The notes under the pieces: generated by a model | Told to the model about the DNA's origin: nothing | Seen by the model: the letters and a program-made list of their open reading frames with translations, nothing else | Databases searched by the model: none | Shown: piece by piece, positions 30,112 through 41,251 of the stretch | Layout of the letters: each line of letters begins with the position of its first letter | How positions within the stretch are numbered: the first letter of the stretch is position 1 | Program-made: the position numbers and the translations under genes | DNA from: Anaeromyxobacteraceae bacterium | Lineage (GTDB): Bacteria; Myxococcota; Myxococcia; Myxococcales; Anaeromyxobacteraceae | DNA: 64,000 nucleotides | Direction of reading: 5' to 3' | Assembly (NCBI GenBank): GCA_047602405.1 | Contig: JASGHJ010000001.1 | Coordinates: 800,001 to 864,000 of the forward strand

Positions 30112-31947
30112 CTACTTGCAGGCGAGCGCGATGTCGATCGTGCCCGTGGTGGTCTGCCCGCCGTCGTTCGCCGAGACCCCAAGCGAGACCGAGGTGCTCA
30201 TGGCACCGCAGGTGGTCTGGATCGGCGCCGAGAAGGTGGCCACGCAGTCCGCGCCGGTGCAGAGGAGCGAGCCGGGCGCCGCCGAGGCGGAGCCCGCCGA
30301 GAAGGTGACGAGCATCGGGTCGCCGTCGGGGTCGGTGAGCCAGGTGCCGCCGCTCCCGAGCGTCATCGCCGCGAACGTCCGCTCGCGCGCGATGCACCCG
30401 CCCACGTCGAAGTCGCAGCAGATGGGGGTGAGCGTGCAGGTGGTCGCGGTCGAGAAGGTCGCGGGGACGAGCGTGGGCGCGTGGTCGAGGACGGTGACCT
30501 CGGGCGCGCTCGTGCTCGCGGTCTCCCACGGATCGCGGGCCGAGTGCTGCACGGGCCAGGTCCCGGCGATGAGGGCGGCGGCCGGGACGCCGGTGTAGGG
30601 GACGGAGCAGGTGGCCGTCATGAGCGCACCGACGAGCGCGACCCTCGAGCACGGGCCGCTGACGACGCCGGGCACGGCCTCGAGCGGGTCTCCGTCCGGG
30701 TCGGCCCAGCTCGAGACGTGCGCCGTCGCGAGGTAGGCCTGCTGCGCGGCCGAGAAGGTGTGCTCGACCACGGTGTCCGCCACGAACTTGTCGTCGCGGA
30801 CGGGCGGCCGGTTCGTCACGACGAGGTCCCAGTGGCCCTTGGCGCTCGCGCCGTTGACGTCGGTGGCGGTGAGCTCCACGTCACGGGCGAGTCCCGGCGC
30901 GCCGATGAGGGACATGCCGGAGCTCATCCCCGCGAACGGGACCTTCACCTGATAGGTGACCTTGCCGGCCGCCTCGCTCGCCGTGAACGTGGCGCCGGCG
31001 CCCGCGTTCAGCTGGTGAGTCGTGACGGCGCGGGTGACCGGGTCGCCATCCGGATCGGTCACGGTGACCTGGAAGTCGCCTCTGGCCTCGAAGGCCTGGG
31101 TGGCCGAGGAGAACGTGTGCGGGACCGGCCCGAGCAGGCCCGACACGACCGGCACCTGGTTTCCGATGCTGATCCGCGTCGAGTCCGCGCCGACGACGCC
31201 GAACTCGTCGGAGGCCTCGACGCGGAACACCCAGTCGCCCGACATCGCGAGGCCGTCGGTCTCGATCCGGACGGCCGGGGTCGCGACGTTCGCGTTCGGG
31301 AGGAAGAAGACGCGCCGGCCAGGGACGAGGTCGAGCCCCGGCGGCGGCTGCGCGGTCCAGTGGTAGGAGGCCGAGCCGGGGCCGGTCGCCTGAAGCGGCA
31401 TCGTCTCGGACTTCGAGTAGTGGCAGAGCAGCGGATCGCCGTCGCATCGGTGCCCGGTCGCGGTGTCGGACCCGGCCGACACGAGCCGGGTCCCCGAGGA
31501 CGCCCCGACGTCCACCCCCAGCGTCGCCGGCGCGCTCTCCGCGCCCATCCCGTCGACGGCCACGAGGCTCACCTCGTACGAGCCGGCGCAGCCGAACCGC
31601 ACCTTCGCCGTCGCGAGCGTGCCCGCGATGACCGGCGCCTCGCAGGGCGCGGCCTTCGCGGCGACCGTCCACCGGTAGCTCGCGATCGCGTCGTCGGGCG
31701 CGTCAGGATCGCCGCTGCCCTCGCCGGACAGGGTGAGGAGCTCGAACTCGGTCGCCGGACTCGCGAGCGGGGCGATGGCCGCGACCGGCGCGGAGTTCGT
31801 GACGCAGACGTCCGCGCGGCAGCGGGCGTCCGCGGGGCAGTCGCTCGGGCCCTTGCAGGTGCGCGCGCCGTCCCTCCCGGAGCAGCCGGCAAGGGCGAGG
31901 CACGCGGCGATCGCCCCCGCGACGAGGCATGAGGTCAGGCGGTACAT
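30112..31947 (-). CDS. Cys-rich surface lipoprotein with PKD/Ig-like domains
   Basis: Lipobox LAGC, CKGPSDCPADARCRADVC, PKD-like DPD..IASYRW, three DPDGDP motifs. Confidence 0.8.
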   Translation of the reverse strand: MYRLTSCLVAGAIAACLALAGCSGRDGARTCKGPSDCPADARCRADVCVTNSAPVAAIAPLASPATEFELLTLSGEGSGDPDAPDDAIASYRWTVAAKAAPCEAPVIAGTLATAKVRFGCAGSYEVSLVAVDGMGAESAPATLGVDVGASSGTRLVSAGSDTATGHRCDGDPLLCHYSKSETMPLQATGPGSASYHWTAQPPPGLDLVPGRRVFFLPNANVATPAVRIETDGLAMSGDWVFRVEASDEFGVVGADSTRISIGNQVPVVSGLLGPVPHTFSSATQAFEARGDFQVTVTDPDGDPVTRAVTTHQLNAGAGATFTASEAAGKVTYQVKVPFAGMSSGMSLIGAPGLARDVELTATDVNGASAKGHWDLVVTNRPPVRDDKFVADTVVEHTFSAAQQAYLATAHVSSWADPDGDPLEAVPGVVSGPCSRVALVGALMTATCSVPYTGVPAAALIAGTWPVQHSARDPWETASTSAPEVTVLDHAPTLVPATFSTATTCTLTPICCDFDVGGCIARERTFAAMTLGSGGTWLTDPDGDPMLVTFSAGSASAAPGSLLCTGADCVATFSAPIQTTCGAMSTSVSLGVSANDGGQTTTGTIDIALACK

Positions 31948-32004
31948 GGGGTCCCTCGCGATCCTTACTGAAGGTGGAGCCGTCCTCGCAACGGCCTCCC
32001 TCAG

Positions 32005-32020
32005 AGCGAAATCCGTGCCG
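32005..32020 (-). promoter_or_regulatory. Putative sigma54 promoter for the PKD lipoprotein gene
   Basis: CGGCACGGATTTCGCT (GG-N10-GC) about 58 nt upstream of ATG 31947. Confidence 0.45.
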
Positions 32021-32249
32021 GCGCCAGATCCGCGAGATCACACGGACAGTTCGGGACACCCAGGGTCCGCCGTTCGGCCGGTGGTCCGCGGCGCGGACCG
32101 TACCGGACGTGACGCCCGCGAGGAGCACGCCACTTTTCAGCGACACGCATCTTGCAGGGGTGCCGTTCGCTCGCGGAGAATCGGCCCTCACCGCCAGCGA
32201 AGTCGCACTCTCAGCCCGGGGTCGCACTCCAGGGGAGGTTCGAGATCGC

Positions 32250-32903
32250 ATGTCAGCCGGAGCCCTGAGCCTCGTCCTCGCGCTCGCCGCCGCCGGCGGG
32301 CCGGAGCGCCTCCTCCTGTGCCGGCCGAAGGTGCTCGGCGTGGACGCCCAGGCCCGACCCGAGGCCGTGGCCGCGGCGGGGCGCGCCACCGGGCGGTTCC
32401 TCGACTACGGCGTCACCTGCGAGGACGCGGGCGAGGGCGCACGCGCCGCGCGCCGCGCGGGGTTCGGGCACGCGGTGACCGCGACCGCCGAGGGGTTGCC
32501 GGACGCGAGCCGGTACGTGCTCGTGCTCTCGGACGCGGCCACCGAGTCGCAGCGCGCGCGCCGCACGCTGGACGTGCCGGCCGGGAAGGACGCGGTCGCG
32601 CCGGTGCAGGCCGCGCTGCTCGAGCTCGTCAAGGCCGTGCCGCAGCCGCCGCGGGTCGGGCCCTCGCCGAGGTCGGTCGTCGCGTGGTCGCTCGTGGGTG
32701 CGGGCCTCGCCGCCGTGGCCGCCGGCGGGCTCCTCGCGAAGCAGGCCGGCGACGCGGCCGACGCGGCGAACGGCGCCGCCACGCCGGACGTGTTCACGCA
32801 CGAGCGGGCGGCGTGGAAGGCGAAGAACCGGGACGCGACGGCCGCGCTCGCGGCCGGCGGCGCGGCGGTGGTGGCCGGGCTCACCCTCAGGTTTGCGTTC
32901 TAG
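32250..32903 (+). CDS. Exported hypothetical protein with C-terminal hydrophobic segments
   Basis: GGAGG RBS, signal-like N-terminus, ends in LRFAF. Confidence 0.65.
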   Translation: MSAGALSLVLALAAAGGPERLLLCRPKVLGVDAQARPEAVAAAGRATGRFLDYGVTCEDAGEGARAARRAGFGHAVTATAEGLPDASRYVLVLSDAATESQRARRTLDVPAGKDAVAPVQAALLELVKAVPQPPRVGPSPRSVVAWSLVGAGLAAVAAGGLLAKQAGDAADAANGAATPDVFTHERAAWKAKNRDATAALAAGGAAVVAGLTLRFAF

Positions 32904-32917
32904 GAGCGACGACGACC

Positions 32918-34468
32918 ATGCGACGCCTCCTCCTCCTGGCTGTGATCGCGGGCGCCGCGGCGTGCGGCTCCGTGAACGACAAGGCGAGCTGCACGACGAG
33001 CGCGAGCTGCGGGGCGGGCAAGTACTGCGCCTCCACGCCGGACGGGAACGTGTGCTGGCCGGACGCCACGGCGCCGGTGGTCGCGTCGGTGAGCGTGACG
33101 TGCGACGCGACGCCGTGTGTGCGCGACTCGAGGCTCACGGTGACCGTGAGCGCGTCGGACGACGCCGAGCTCGCCGCCGTGGAGGTGTCGCTCGATCTCG
33201 ACGGGGCGCGCTGGGTGGGGCTCGCGAGGAGCGGCGGTGCCTGGACGGGCACGCTGGCGCTGCGGGAGTGGGCGTTCCCGGCGTTCACGCGCGCGGCCGT
33301 CGCGACGGCGCGGGCGACGGACGGCGCGGGGAACCAGGCGACGAAGGCGGCGGCGGGCCTGGACGTCACGCGGTTGAGGTGGGCGGTGGAGGCGAAGGCG
33401 GGCTCGGCCGCGGTCCTCTCGCCGCCGGCGGTGATGACGGATGGGACGATCGTCGTGGGGAACGCGAACCACGAGCTCCTCTCGCTCACGCCGGCGGGGG
33501 TGAAGGCGGAGGACCCGCTCGTCATCGGCGGCGGGGCCATCACGAGCATCGCGGTGGGGGACAAGGCGATCTGGGTGGGAAGTGATGACGGGGGGATCTC
33601 GGCGGCCAACCTCGATCGGAAGTCGGTGCTGTCCGGCGTCGGCGTGAACGTGGAGGGGCCGATCCGCGGCGGGCTGGCGGTGCTGCCGGGGACCGTGGAG
33701 TGGGCGTTTGCGGGTGGGGAGCTCGGCCGACTATCCGGCGCGCCGACGACTGGAAGCCCCGCCCCTACGGCTAAGGCGTCCTATCTGGCAGCGCCCGTAA
33801 TCACTGGCGGCAACGTTTACGCGGCACTGTCGAATATCTCATCGACTCTGAAGCAGTTCACATTTGACGGAGCCCTAACAGAAGGCTGGTCGGTCGGAAT
33901 CGGAGCCTCCGTTTCGGTCAACCCTGCCGTGGCAAGTGGCGACGTCTTCATCACGCTCTCTTCCGACGGGAAGGTCACGAAGACTACGGTGGCAGGCACC
34001 TCCGCTCCAGTGACGACCGTGACTGAGAGCGTGCTGGAAGCCCCTGTCGTTCTTGCCGGCGATGAGATCGTCATCGGAGACATAACCGGCGCAGTTCGTC
34101 GGATCTCGTTCACCGGCGCCTCCCTCTGGTCCACTCCCCCCAACCTCGGCGGCATCCCCGTCGGCGCGCTCGCGATCTCGAACAGCTCGACCAAGCTCCT
34201 CGTCGGCACCCGCGCCGGCTCCGTCTACGCCCTCGACAACGCCGGCGCGACGCTCTGGACCACCACCCTCCCCGGCGCCCCGCTCCTGAAGGGCTCGAAC
34301 ATCTCCGCGCCTTCCGCGGAGACCCCGATCACCTCGACCGCCTACTTTTCTGCGTCGAACGGCAAGGTCTACGCGGTGATCGTCGACGGCACGCTCGACA
34401 CGTCCGCCCCGTGGCCGAAGGCCTTCCGCGACCGCAAGAACCGCAGCAACGCAGGGCTCGCCCCGTGA
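32918..34468 (+). CDS. Lipoprotein with Cys-rich N-terminus, Ig-like domain and PQQ-type beta-propeller
   Basis: Lipobox AAAC, CTTSASCGAGKYC, propeller blades (GSVYALD..GATLW), WPKAFRDRKN closure. Confidence 0.8.
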   Translation: MRRLLLLAVIAGAAACGSVNDKASCTTSASCGAGKYCASTPDGNVCWPDATAPVVASVSVTCDATPCVRDSRLTVTVSASDDAELAAVEVSLDLDGARWVGLARSGGAWTGTLALREWAFPAFTRAAVATARATDGAGNQATKAAAGLDVTRLRWAVEAKAGSAAVLSPPAVMTDGTIVVGNANHELLSLTPAGVKAEDPLVIGGGAITSIAVGDKAIWVGSDDGGISAANLDRKSVLSGVGVNVEGPIRGGLAVLPGTVEWAFAGGELGRLSGAPTTGSPAPTAKASYLAAPVITGGNVYAALSNISSTLKQFTFDGALTEGWSVGIGASVSVNPAVASGDVFITLSSDGKVTKTTVAGTSAPVTTVTESVLEAPVVLAGDEIVIGDITGAVRRISFTGASLWSTPPNLGGIPVGALAISNSSTKLLVGTRAGSVYALDNAGATLWTTTLPGAPLLKGSNISAPSAETPITSTAYFSASNGKVYAVIVDGTLDTSAPWPKAFRDRKNRSNAGLAP

Positions 34469-36136
34469 CCCTCCGCCCGGCCGCCCTCGCGCTCCTCGCG
34501 CTGCTCGCGACGCCTGCCCAGGCGATCGAGCGGGTCGCCGTGATCTCCCGTCGCGGACCCGCCCGGCCCGGACGCCGACCTCGCCGAGATCACGCACCAG
34601 CTCCGCGCGGCGTGCCGCGACCGCGTGGGCAACGTCGACGACGTGCCGGCGATGCGCGCGCGGCTGCTCGGCGACGCCGGGCCGGCCTCGCTCGCCGAGC
34701 TCGACCGCGCCTACGGCGGCGCGCTCGCGACCTACCAGAACGGCGAGTTCGAGAGCGCGGTGCGGACGCTCCGCGCCATCGTCGAGGACCTCGAGAAGGT
34801 GCCCGAGGGCCCCGAGGCCTACAGCCAGTGGGTGCGCGCGAACCTGCGCCTCGCGCACGCGGCGGGCTCGGTCGGGCTCGATCCCGTCGTCGAGGAGGCG
34901 ATGGACAAGCTCATCCGCACCGAGCCGACGCTCGAGCCGGAGCCCGACCAGTACTCGCCCGCGTACCGCCGCAAGTACGAGGCGGCGCGCAAGCGCGTGC
35001 GGGCGCTGGCCCGCCACAAGCTCCTCCTCGAGGCGCGCGGCGGGCCCGGCACGCTCTACCTCAACGGCCGGCGCATGGGCACGGTCGGCCCGGCGCCGCT
35101 CGAGCTCGACCTCCCCGCCGGCAGCTACCGCGTGGGCGCCGCGGCGGGCGCGCTGCGCGTGCCGACCTTCACGGTCGAGCTCACCGAGAACCGCAAGGCG
35201 CTCCTCGACTTCACGCTCGCCGAGGCGGTGCGCCCGAACGCCGGGCCGGGGCTCGCGCTCGCGGGTGCCGACCGGCCCGCCGGCATCATCCGCGCCGGCG
35301 CCTGGCTCGGCGTCGACAAGCTCCTCACGGTCACGCGCCTCCAGGAGTCGGGCGTGTCGTTCCTCGTCGGCGCGATCCACGACGTGCGCCGCGGGGCGAT
35401 GCTGCGCGAGGGCCAGGTCCGCATCGTCGCGGGGGGCGTGCCCGCGGTGAGCCTCGGGGCGCTCGCGTCGTTCCTCCTCACCGGGCAGCAGGCCCGCGGC
35501 GTCGAGGAGCGGGCGCCGCAGGCGCAGCCCGCCGCGCAGACGTCTGCGCCGGCGCCAGCCCAGGCTCCGGCCCCGGCCGTCGGCGTCGCGAAGCCGCCCG
35601 TCACGGCGCCGCTTCCCGCCTCGGCTTCCCCGGCTCCCATGGTCCCGCTCCCGCCGCCCCCGGCCACGGCGGTCGCGAAGGCTCCGACGTCCGCCCCGTC
35701 CCCGGTGCCCGCCACCACCAGGGCCGCCCCGCCGAAGCCGACCCCCTCCCGCGAGGCGCTCGCGCCGGCGCCTCCCAGGGCCACAGACCTCCCCCGCACC
35801 GCCCTCGACGAGCCCGCGCGCACGCCGCGGCGCTGGTCGCGCCCGGGCGTCGTCGTCTCCGGCATCGCCGCCGCGCTCAGCGCCGGCGTGGCGGTCCAGC
35901 AGGCGCTCGCGTCGTCCTCGGCGCGCAGCGACGCGAACGCGATGGTCGGCCCCGGGGGCACGCTCCTGCCGGGCTCCGACCCTGTCCGCCACGGCGACCT
36001 CGTCGACCGCGCCGACGCCTCCGCCCGCAACGCCTGGATCGCGGGCGGGGTCTCCGCCGCCCTCGCGGTCACGACCGTGGTGCTCGGCCTGCGCCCGGTC
36101 GACCAGCCACCGGGCGCGGTCGCGCTGCGCTTCTGA
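34465..36136 (+). CDS. Exported TPR/PEGA-like protein with Pro-rich linker (frameshift at about 34548)
   Basis: Signal [20 protein letters not shown] is in a different frame from the body; one extra C in ATCTCCCGTC; PEGA-like [11 protein letters not shown]. Confidence 0.7.
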
Positions 36137-36197
36137 GGCTGCCCCGGGCACCCTCCCTTCCGCTGCCGCGCCGCCCCTCCGGCACTACCTGTCCGGC

Positions 36198-37472
36198 ATG
36201 AGCCCGCGCCGCCTCGCCCTCCTCCTCGCGCTCGTCGCCGCCGGCCCCGCCGCCGCCGAGACCCCGCCCTCACCGTCCGGCAAGGGCACGCCGGTGGACG
36301 CGGGCCCGCCCAACGTCCCCTCGAACGTCCCGGCCTTCCCCGAGCAGACCCGGGCGCCGGAGGTGCACTCGACGACGCCGCTCGAGGTGAAGGTCCTCGC
36401 GAAGGGCTTCAAGAAACCCTGGGCGCTCGCCTTCCTCCCCGACGGCCGCATGCTCGTCACCGAGAAGCCGACGGGCCGGCTCTTCGTCGTGGGCAAGGGC
36501 GGGAAGCGCTCGCCGGCCGTGGAGGGCATCCCGAAGGTCGACGGCCGCGGCCAGGGCGGGCTCCTCGACGTGAAGCTCGCACCGGATTACGCGAAGACGA
36601 GGCGCATCTACTGGAGCTACTACGAGCCCAGGAAGGGCGGGAACGGCCTCGCCGTCGCGCGCGCGACCCTCGTCCTCGGCGCGCAGCCGAAGGTGAAGGA
36701 CCTCGAGATCGTCTTCCGCATGGAGCCGACGCTCGACTCCACCGCGCACGCCGGGGGCCGCCTCGTGTGGGCGCCGGACGGCAACCTCTTCGTGACCCTG
36801 GGTGAACGCGCCATCCTCGAGGGCCGGCGCCAGGCGCAGGACCTCTCGAGCGACCTCGGCAAGATCGTCCGCATCCGCCCCGACGGCACGGCGCCCGACG
36901 ACAACCCGTTCGTCCACACCGAGGGCGCGAGGCCCGAGATCTGGTCCAAGGGTCACCGCAACATCCTCTCCGCGGCGCTCGACGGACGAGGCCGGCTCTG
37001 GGAGGTCGAGCACGGCCCGAAGGGCGGCGACGAGCTCAACCTCGTCGGGAAGGGCAAGGACTACGGCTGGCCCACCATCGGCTACGGCGAGGAGTACGAC
37101 GGCCGGCCCATCCACGCCTCCACGCGAGCCGAGGGCATGGAGCAGCCGATCTACTACTGGGACCCCGTGATCGCGCCGTCGGGGATGGTCATCTACTCGG
37201 GGAAGCTCTTCCCCGAGTGGAAGGGCAACGTCCTCATCGGCGGCCTCGCGAGCGAGTGCCTCGTGCGCCTCGTGCTCCAGGACGACAAGGTCGTCGGCGA
37301 GGAGCGGCTCTTCCGGCACGAGCACGGCCGCATCCGCGAGGTGGTGCAGGGACCGGACGGCGCGCTGTACCTCCTGACCGACGAGGCGGACGGGAAGGTG
37401 CTCCGGTTGTCCCCCGCCCGAAGCGGGAGCTCCCCAGCCGCGGCTCGGAAGAGTACAACGTCGCCGCCATGA
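36198..37472 (+). CDS. PQQ-dependent soluble aldose sugar dehydrogenase (GSDH/YliI family)
   Basis: [37 protein letters not shown]. Confidence 0.92.
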   Translation: MSPRRLALLLALVAAGPAAAETPPSPSGKGTPVDAGPPNVPSNVPAFPEQTRAPEVHSTTPLEVKVLAKGFKKPWALAFLPDGRMLVTEKPTGRLFVVGKGGKRSPAVEGIPKVDGRGQGGLLDVKLAPDYAKTRRIYWSYYEPRKGGNGLAVARATLVLGAQPKVKDLEIVFRMEPTLDSTAHAGGRLVWAPDGNLFVTLGERAILEGRRQAQDLSSDLGKIVRIRPDGTAPDDNPFVHTEGARPEIWSKGHRNILSAALDGRGRLWEVEHGPKGGDELNLVGKGKDYGWPTIGYGEEYDGRPIHASTRAEGMEQPIYYWDPVIAPSGMVIYSGKLFPEWKGNVLIGGLASECLVRLVLQDDKVVGEERLFRHEHGRIREVVQGPDGALYLLTDEADGKVLRLSPARSGSSPAAARKSTTSPP

Positions 37473-37921
37473 CGCACTTCACGACGACCCTCCACGTCCG
37501 CTGGTCCGACTGCGACGCCAACGGCCACGCGGCGAACACGGCCTACTCCGAGTACGGCACCGACACCCGCGTCGCGTTCCTCGCTTCGCGCGGGTGGACG
37601 CTGGAAGAGTTCCTGAAGCACCGCTGCGGGCCGGTCATCACGCGCGAGGAGATCGACTACCTGCGCGAGCTGCGCATGGGCGACGAGGTCCGCATCGACA
37701 TCCAGCTGGTGGGCGCCTCGGCGGACGAGTCGCGCTGGAAGATCCAGCACGAGTTCACGCGCACGCGCGACGGGAAGGTCTGCGCGCGGATCCTGCTGAC
37801 CGGCGGGTGGATGGACCTCGACCAGCGCCGGCTGCGCCAGCCGCCGGAGAAGCTCGCGGAGGCGTTCCGGGGCATCGAGCGCGGGGCGCATTGGGAGGTG
37901 CTGCCGGACGCGAGGAAGTAG
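37469..37921 (+). CDS. Hotdog acyl-CoA thioesterase (4HBT/YbgC family)
   Basis: [24 protein letters not shown]. Confidence 0.85.
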   Translation: MTHFTTTLHVRWSDCDANGHAANTAYSEYGTDTRVAFLASRGWTLEEFLKHRCGPVITREEIDYLRELRMGDEVRIDIQLVGASADESRWKIQHEFTRTRDGKVCARILLTGGWMDLDQRRLRQPPEKLAEAFRGIERGAHWEVLPDARK

Positions 37922-37931
37922 CGGCGGGCGT

Positions 37932-37979
37932 CCCTCGTCTCCGGGCCCGCTGCGCGGGCCCTACGCTCGGGACGAACGG
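37932..37979 (+). repeat. REP-like palindrome, long form
   Basis: CCCTCGTCTCCGGGCCCGCTGCGCGGGCCCTACGCTCGGGACGAACGG between convergent genes. Confidence 0.85.
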
Positions 37980-38016
37980 GGGGGAGCTGCGGGGCTCTCG
38001 GTCCAAGAGCCGCGGC

Positions 38017-39420
38017 TCAGGTGACCGAAGGCTGGGTCGGAAGCGTGAGGCGCGCGACGGTGCCCCCGCCGTCGCGGTCGACCAGGGCGAGCGTCCCGGC
38101 GTGCGCGTCGGCGACCTTCTTCGCGAGCGCGAGGCCGAGGCCGGTGCCGCGCTCCTTCGTCGTGAAGAACGGGCGGAACACGCTCTCGCGCGCTCCGGCG
38201 GGCAGGCCGGGGCCGCGGTCGCGGACCTCGACGGTGACCTCGGCGTCCGACCGCGCGACCGCGAGCTCGACGGTGGCCGTCGCCGGCGAGGCCTCCACCG
38301 CGTTCCGCACGAGGTTCACGATGGCGCGCCGGAGCTGCTCCCGGTCGGCCTGGACGGCGCCGCCGCCGGAGACCGCCACGTTCACGCCGCGCACGTCGGC
38401 GAGGGGCGCGACGACCTCGGTCACCTCCTGGAGCAGCGCCGCGAGCTCCACCTGCTCGCGCACCGGCGGGCGCGTGCGCGCGTAGTCGAGGAACTCCTCC
38501 ACCACCTTCGAGAGCGCCGCGAGCTCGGAGCGGATGCGCGCGACGTGCGACGCCTCGGGCCGGCCGTGCACCTCCTCGGCGAGCAGGCCCGCGAAGAGGT
38601 CGAGCGCGCCGAGGGGGTTGCGGACCTCGTGCGCGATGCCGGCGAGCAGCGTCTCGCGCTCCTCGTCGCGGGCGTGCAGCGCGCCGCGCATCTCCTCGAG
38701 CGTGTCGCGGAGCGTCCCGATCTCGTCGCGCGTGCGCCGCGACCAGAGCGGCGTGGAGAGGTCGCCGCGGCCGATGCGACGCGCGGCCTCGGTGATGCGC
38801 GTGAGCGGCCGGGTCACCGAGAGCGCCGCGCCCGCGGCGGCGAGGCCGCCGAGCACGGCGCCGGCGATCGCGACCGCGCCGAGCAGCCGGCGCAGCCGCC
38901 GGAGCGCCGCGAACGACGCGCTCGTGCCGTCGGCGCCCACCACCGCCACGATGTGCCCGTCCTCGGTGACCACCGGCGCGTAGCCGGTCTTGTAGAGGTG
39001 GCCGTCCGAGCCCTCGAACATGAGCGTGGAGGCGGTGGGGGTGCCGCCCGCGGCGAGGCCGATCTCCATGCGGTCGCGCTCGAACGCGGGGACGAGCTCG
39101 CCGATGCGCAGGCGGCCCTCGGAGTCGGCGAGCGCCGTGCGGTCCGGCTTCACGACGATGAGCCGCGTGCTCGTCGCGTCGGCGACGGGGATGAGCCGGG
39201 AGCGGACGTGCGCGTAGGTGCGGGAGGTCTCGTCGCCGGGCGTGAGCCGCACGAGCCGGTCGGAGGGCAGCGCGTCGGCGGCGGCCTGCGCGGCGGTGAT
39301 GAGGCGCGCGGAGAGCTCGTCCTCGAGCGCCCGGCGCGTCAGCCGGTCCGCCACGAGCGCCATGACCGCCAGCGAGACGAGGGCCGGCAGCGCGGAGGCG
39401 AGCATGAAGCGCAGGCGCAC
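38017..39420 (-). CDS. HAMP sensor histidine kinase
   Basis: Two TMs, HAMP, AHEVRNPL, FFTTKERGTGLGL. Confidence 0.92.
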   Translation of the reverse strand: MRLRFMLASALPALVSLAVMALVADRLTRRALEDELSARLITAAQAAADALPSDRLVRLTPGDETSRTYAHVRSRLIPVADATSTRLIVVKPDRTALADSEGRLRIGELVPAFERDRMEIGLAAGGTPTASTLMFEGSDGHLYKTGYAPVVTEDGHIVAVVGADGTSASFAALRRLRRLLGAVAIAGAVLGGLAAAGAALSVTRPLTRITEAARRIGRGDLSTPLWSRRTRDEIGTLRDTLEEMRGALHARDEERETLLAGIAHEVRNPLGALDLFAGLLAEEVHGRPEASHVARIRSELAALSKVVEEFLDYARTRPPVREQVELAALLQEVTEVVAPLADVRGVNVAVSGGGAVQADREQLRRAIVNLVRNAVEASPATATVELAVARSDAEVTVEVRDRGPGLPAGARESVFRPFFTTKERGTGLGLALAKKVADAHAGTLALVDRDGGGTVARLTLPTQPSVT

Positions 39421-39426
39421 GCCACC

Positions 39427-40512
39427 TCATACCGCGGGCAGGACGGTGCTTGCGAGCCCGTCCGCCCGGGTCGAGTGCTCGACGAGGAACGCGTGCACGA
39501 CCGGGAAGACGTAGTCGGGCGCGCCGCGGCCGAGGAGCAGGTCCACGTGCCCGTAGCCGCGCCCCGCGCGCCAGTGCGCCTTCGGCCCGCCCCACAGGCG
39601 CGCCGCCGCCTCGACGACCTCGGGCGGCGCCATCCCGTCGAGCTCGGCGGAGACGAAGAGCGCGGGCTGGCGCGCGCCGGGGAGGAGCGCCCGGTAGTCG
39701 GTCGCGCCGTCGGCCGAGCGGAAGGTGTTGTCGCGCACGAAGTCGGCGAACTGGTCGAGCACGCCGGGCTGCAGGTCCTCGAGCCCGTTCGCCATGAAGC
39801 GCCGGTAGATCGGCCGCGCCATGTTGCGCGAGTTGATCGCGACCTCGGCGGTGGCGGGGTGCCAGAAGCCGACGAACGGCGAGAGCGCGCGCATCACCGC
39901 GCGGAAGTGCCGGGCGAGCGGCAGGCGCCGCATGGCGACGAGCGCCCTGAGCCGGACCTGGTGGTCGTAGACGACCGGCGGCGCGAGCGCGGCGATGGCG
40001 CGGATGCGCTCGGGGTAGAGCGCGCACGCCGCGAGGCCGAGGAGGGCACCCTGGCTGTGGCCGACCCAGAGCACGTCGGGCGCGCCGGTCGCCGCGCGCA
40101 CGGCGTCGAGCGCGGCGACGAAGTCCCGGCGGAGGTAGTCGTCGAGGTTCCAGCGGCGGCTCGGGCCGCGGCGCGAGAGGCCGTGGCCGCGGAGGTCGAG
40201 CACGAAGCAGTCGAAGCCGTCCCGCGAGAGGCGGGCGGCGAGCGAGTGCGAGGGGACGCCGAAGTCGAAGGCCTGCCGGTTCATGGCGAGGCCGTGGACG
40301 AGCAGCACCGGCGGGCCGCGCGGCGGGCCGCGGGGGCGGCGGCGCGAGACCGCGAGATCCCAGCCGTCGGCGGTGCGGGCGCGCAGGACCTCGTCCACGT
40401 CCGGCTCCACGCGGAGCCACCACCCCCAGAAGGCGGCGTGGACGAGGACGGCCGCGGCCGCGATCCCGGCCGCGAGCAGGAGGTAGAGGCCGACCTCGCC
40501 CAGGGACGTCAT
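39427..40512 (-). CDS. Membrane-anchored alpha/beta hydrolase
   Basis: VLLVHGL, DLRGHG, GHSQG, YGHVDLL. Confidence 0.88.
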   Translation of the reverse strand: MTSLGEVGLYLLLAAGIAAAAVLVHAAFWGWWLRVEPDVDEVLRARTADGWDLAVSRRRPRGPPRGPPVLLVHGLAMNRQAFDFGVPSHSLAARLSRDGFDCFVLDLRGHGLSRRGPSRRWNLDDYLRRDFVAALDAVRAATGAPDVLWVGHSQGALLGLAACALYPERIRAIAALAPPVVYDHQVRLRALVAMRRLPLARHFRAVMRALSPFVGFWHPATAEVAINSRNMARPIYRRFMANGLEDLQPGVLDQFADFVRDNTFRSADGATDYRALLPGARQPALFVSAELDGMAPPEVVEAAARLWGGPKAHWRAGRGYGHVDLLLGRGAPDYVFPVVHAFLVEHSTRADGLASTVLPAV

Positions 40513-40629
40513 CGAGGGGCATCCTAGCCTGCTCGTCCGGCACCGCCCGCCGCCCGGCCGGGCCTCGGCCGGCCCGCGCAGGTGGACCCCGTGTCCGGCA
40601 CCTGCACCCGCGCACGGGCGCACAGTCCG

Positions 40630-40645
40630 TGGCCCGGCGGTTGCA
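40630..40645 (+). promoter_or_regulatory. sigma54 promoter upstream of glnB
   Basis: TGGCCCGGCGGTTGCA (GG-N10-GC). Confidence 0.65.
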
Positions 40646-40824
40646 AACGTCGGCTCCCGTGGTCCCGATGATCGACGGCAGGGCTCGTCCCTGTGCGCGC
40701 AGCGTGGCGAGCGGCGATCGGCGGGAGGGAGGCGGCTGTACGGATCGCGTGCATCCACGGGCCCGCGATCCGGGCATGGAGCCGACGGGCGGCACGGCAA
40801 GGGGAGCGACCCCGCTGTCCTTGA

Positions 40825-41223
<399 letters not shown>

Positions 41224-41251
41224 CCCTGGCGACCCTGGAGCGGGAGCGCGC

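Noticed and set aside
33720..34110. Diversity-generating retroelement variable region
   Set aside because: No template repeat or reverse transcriptase in the window, and the patch is internal and long
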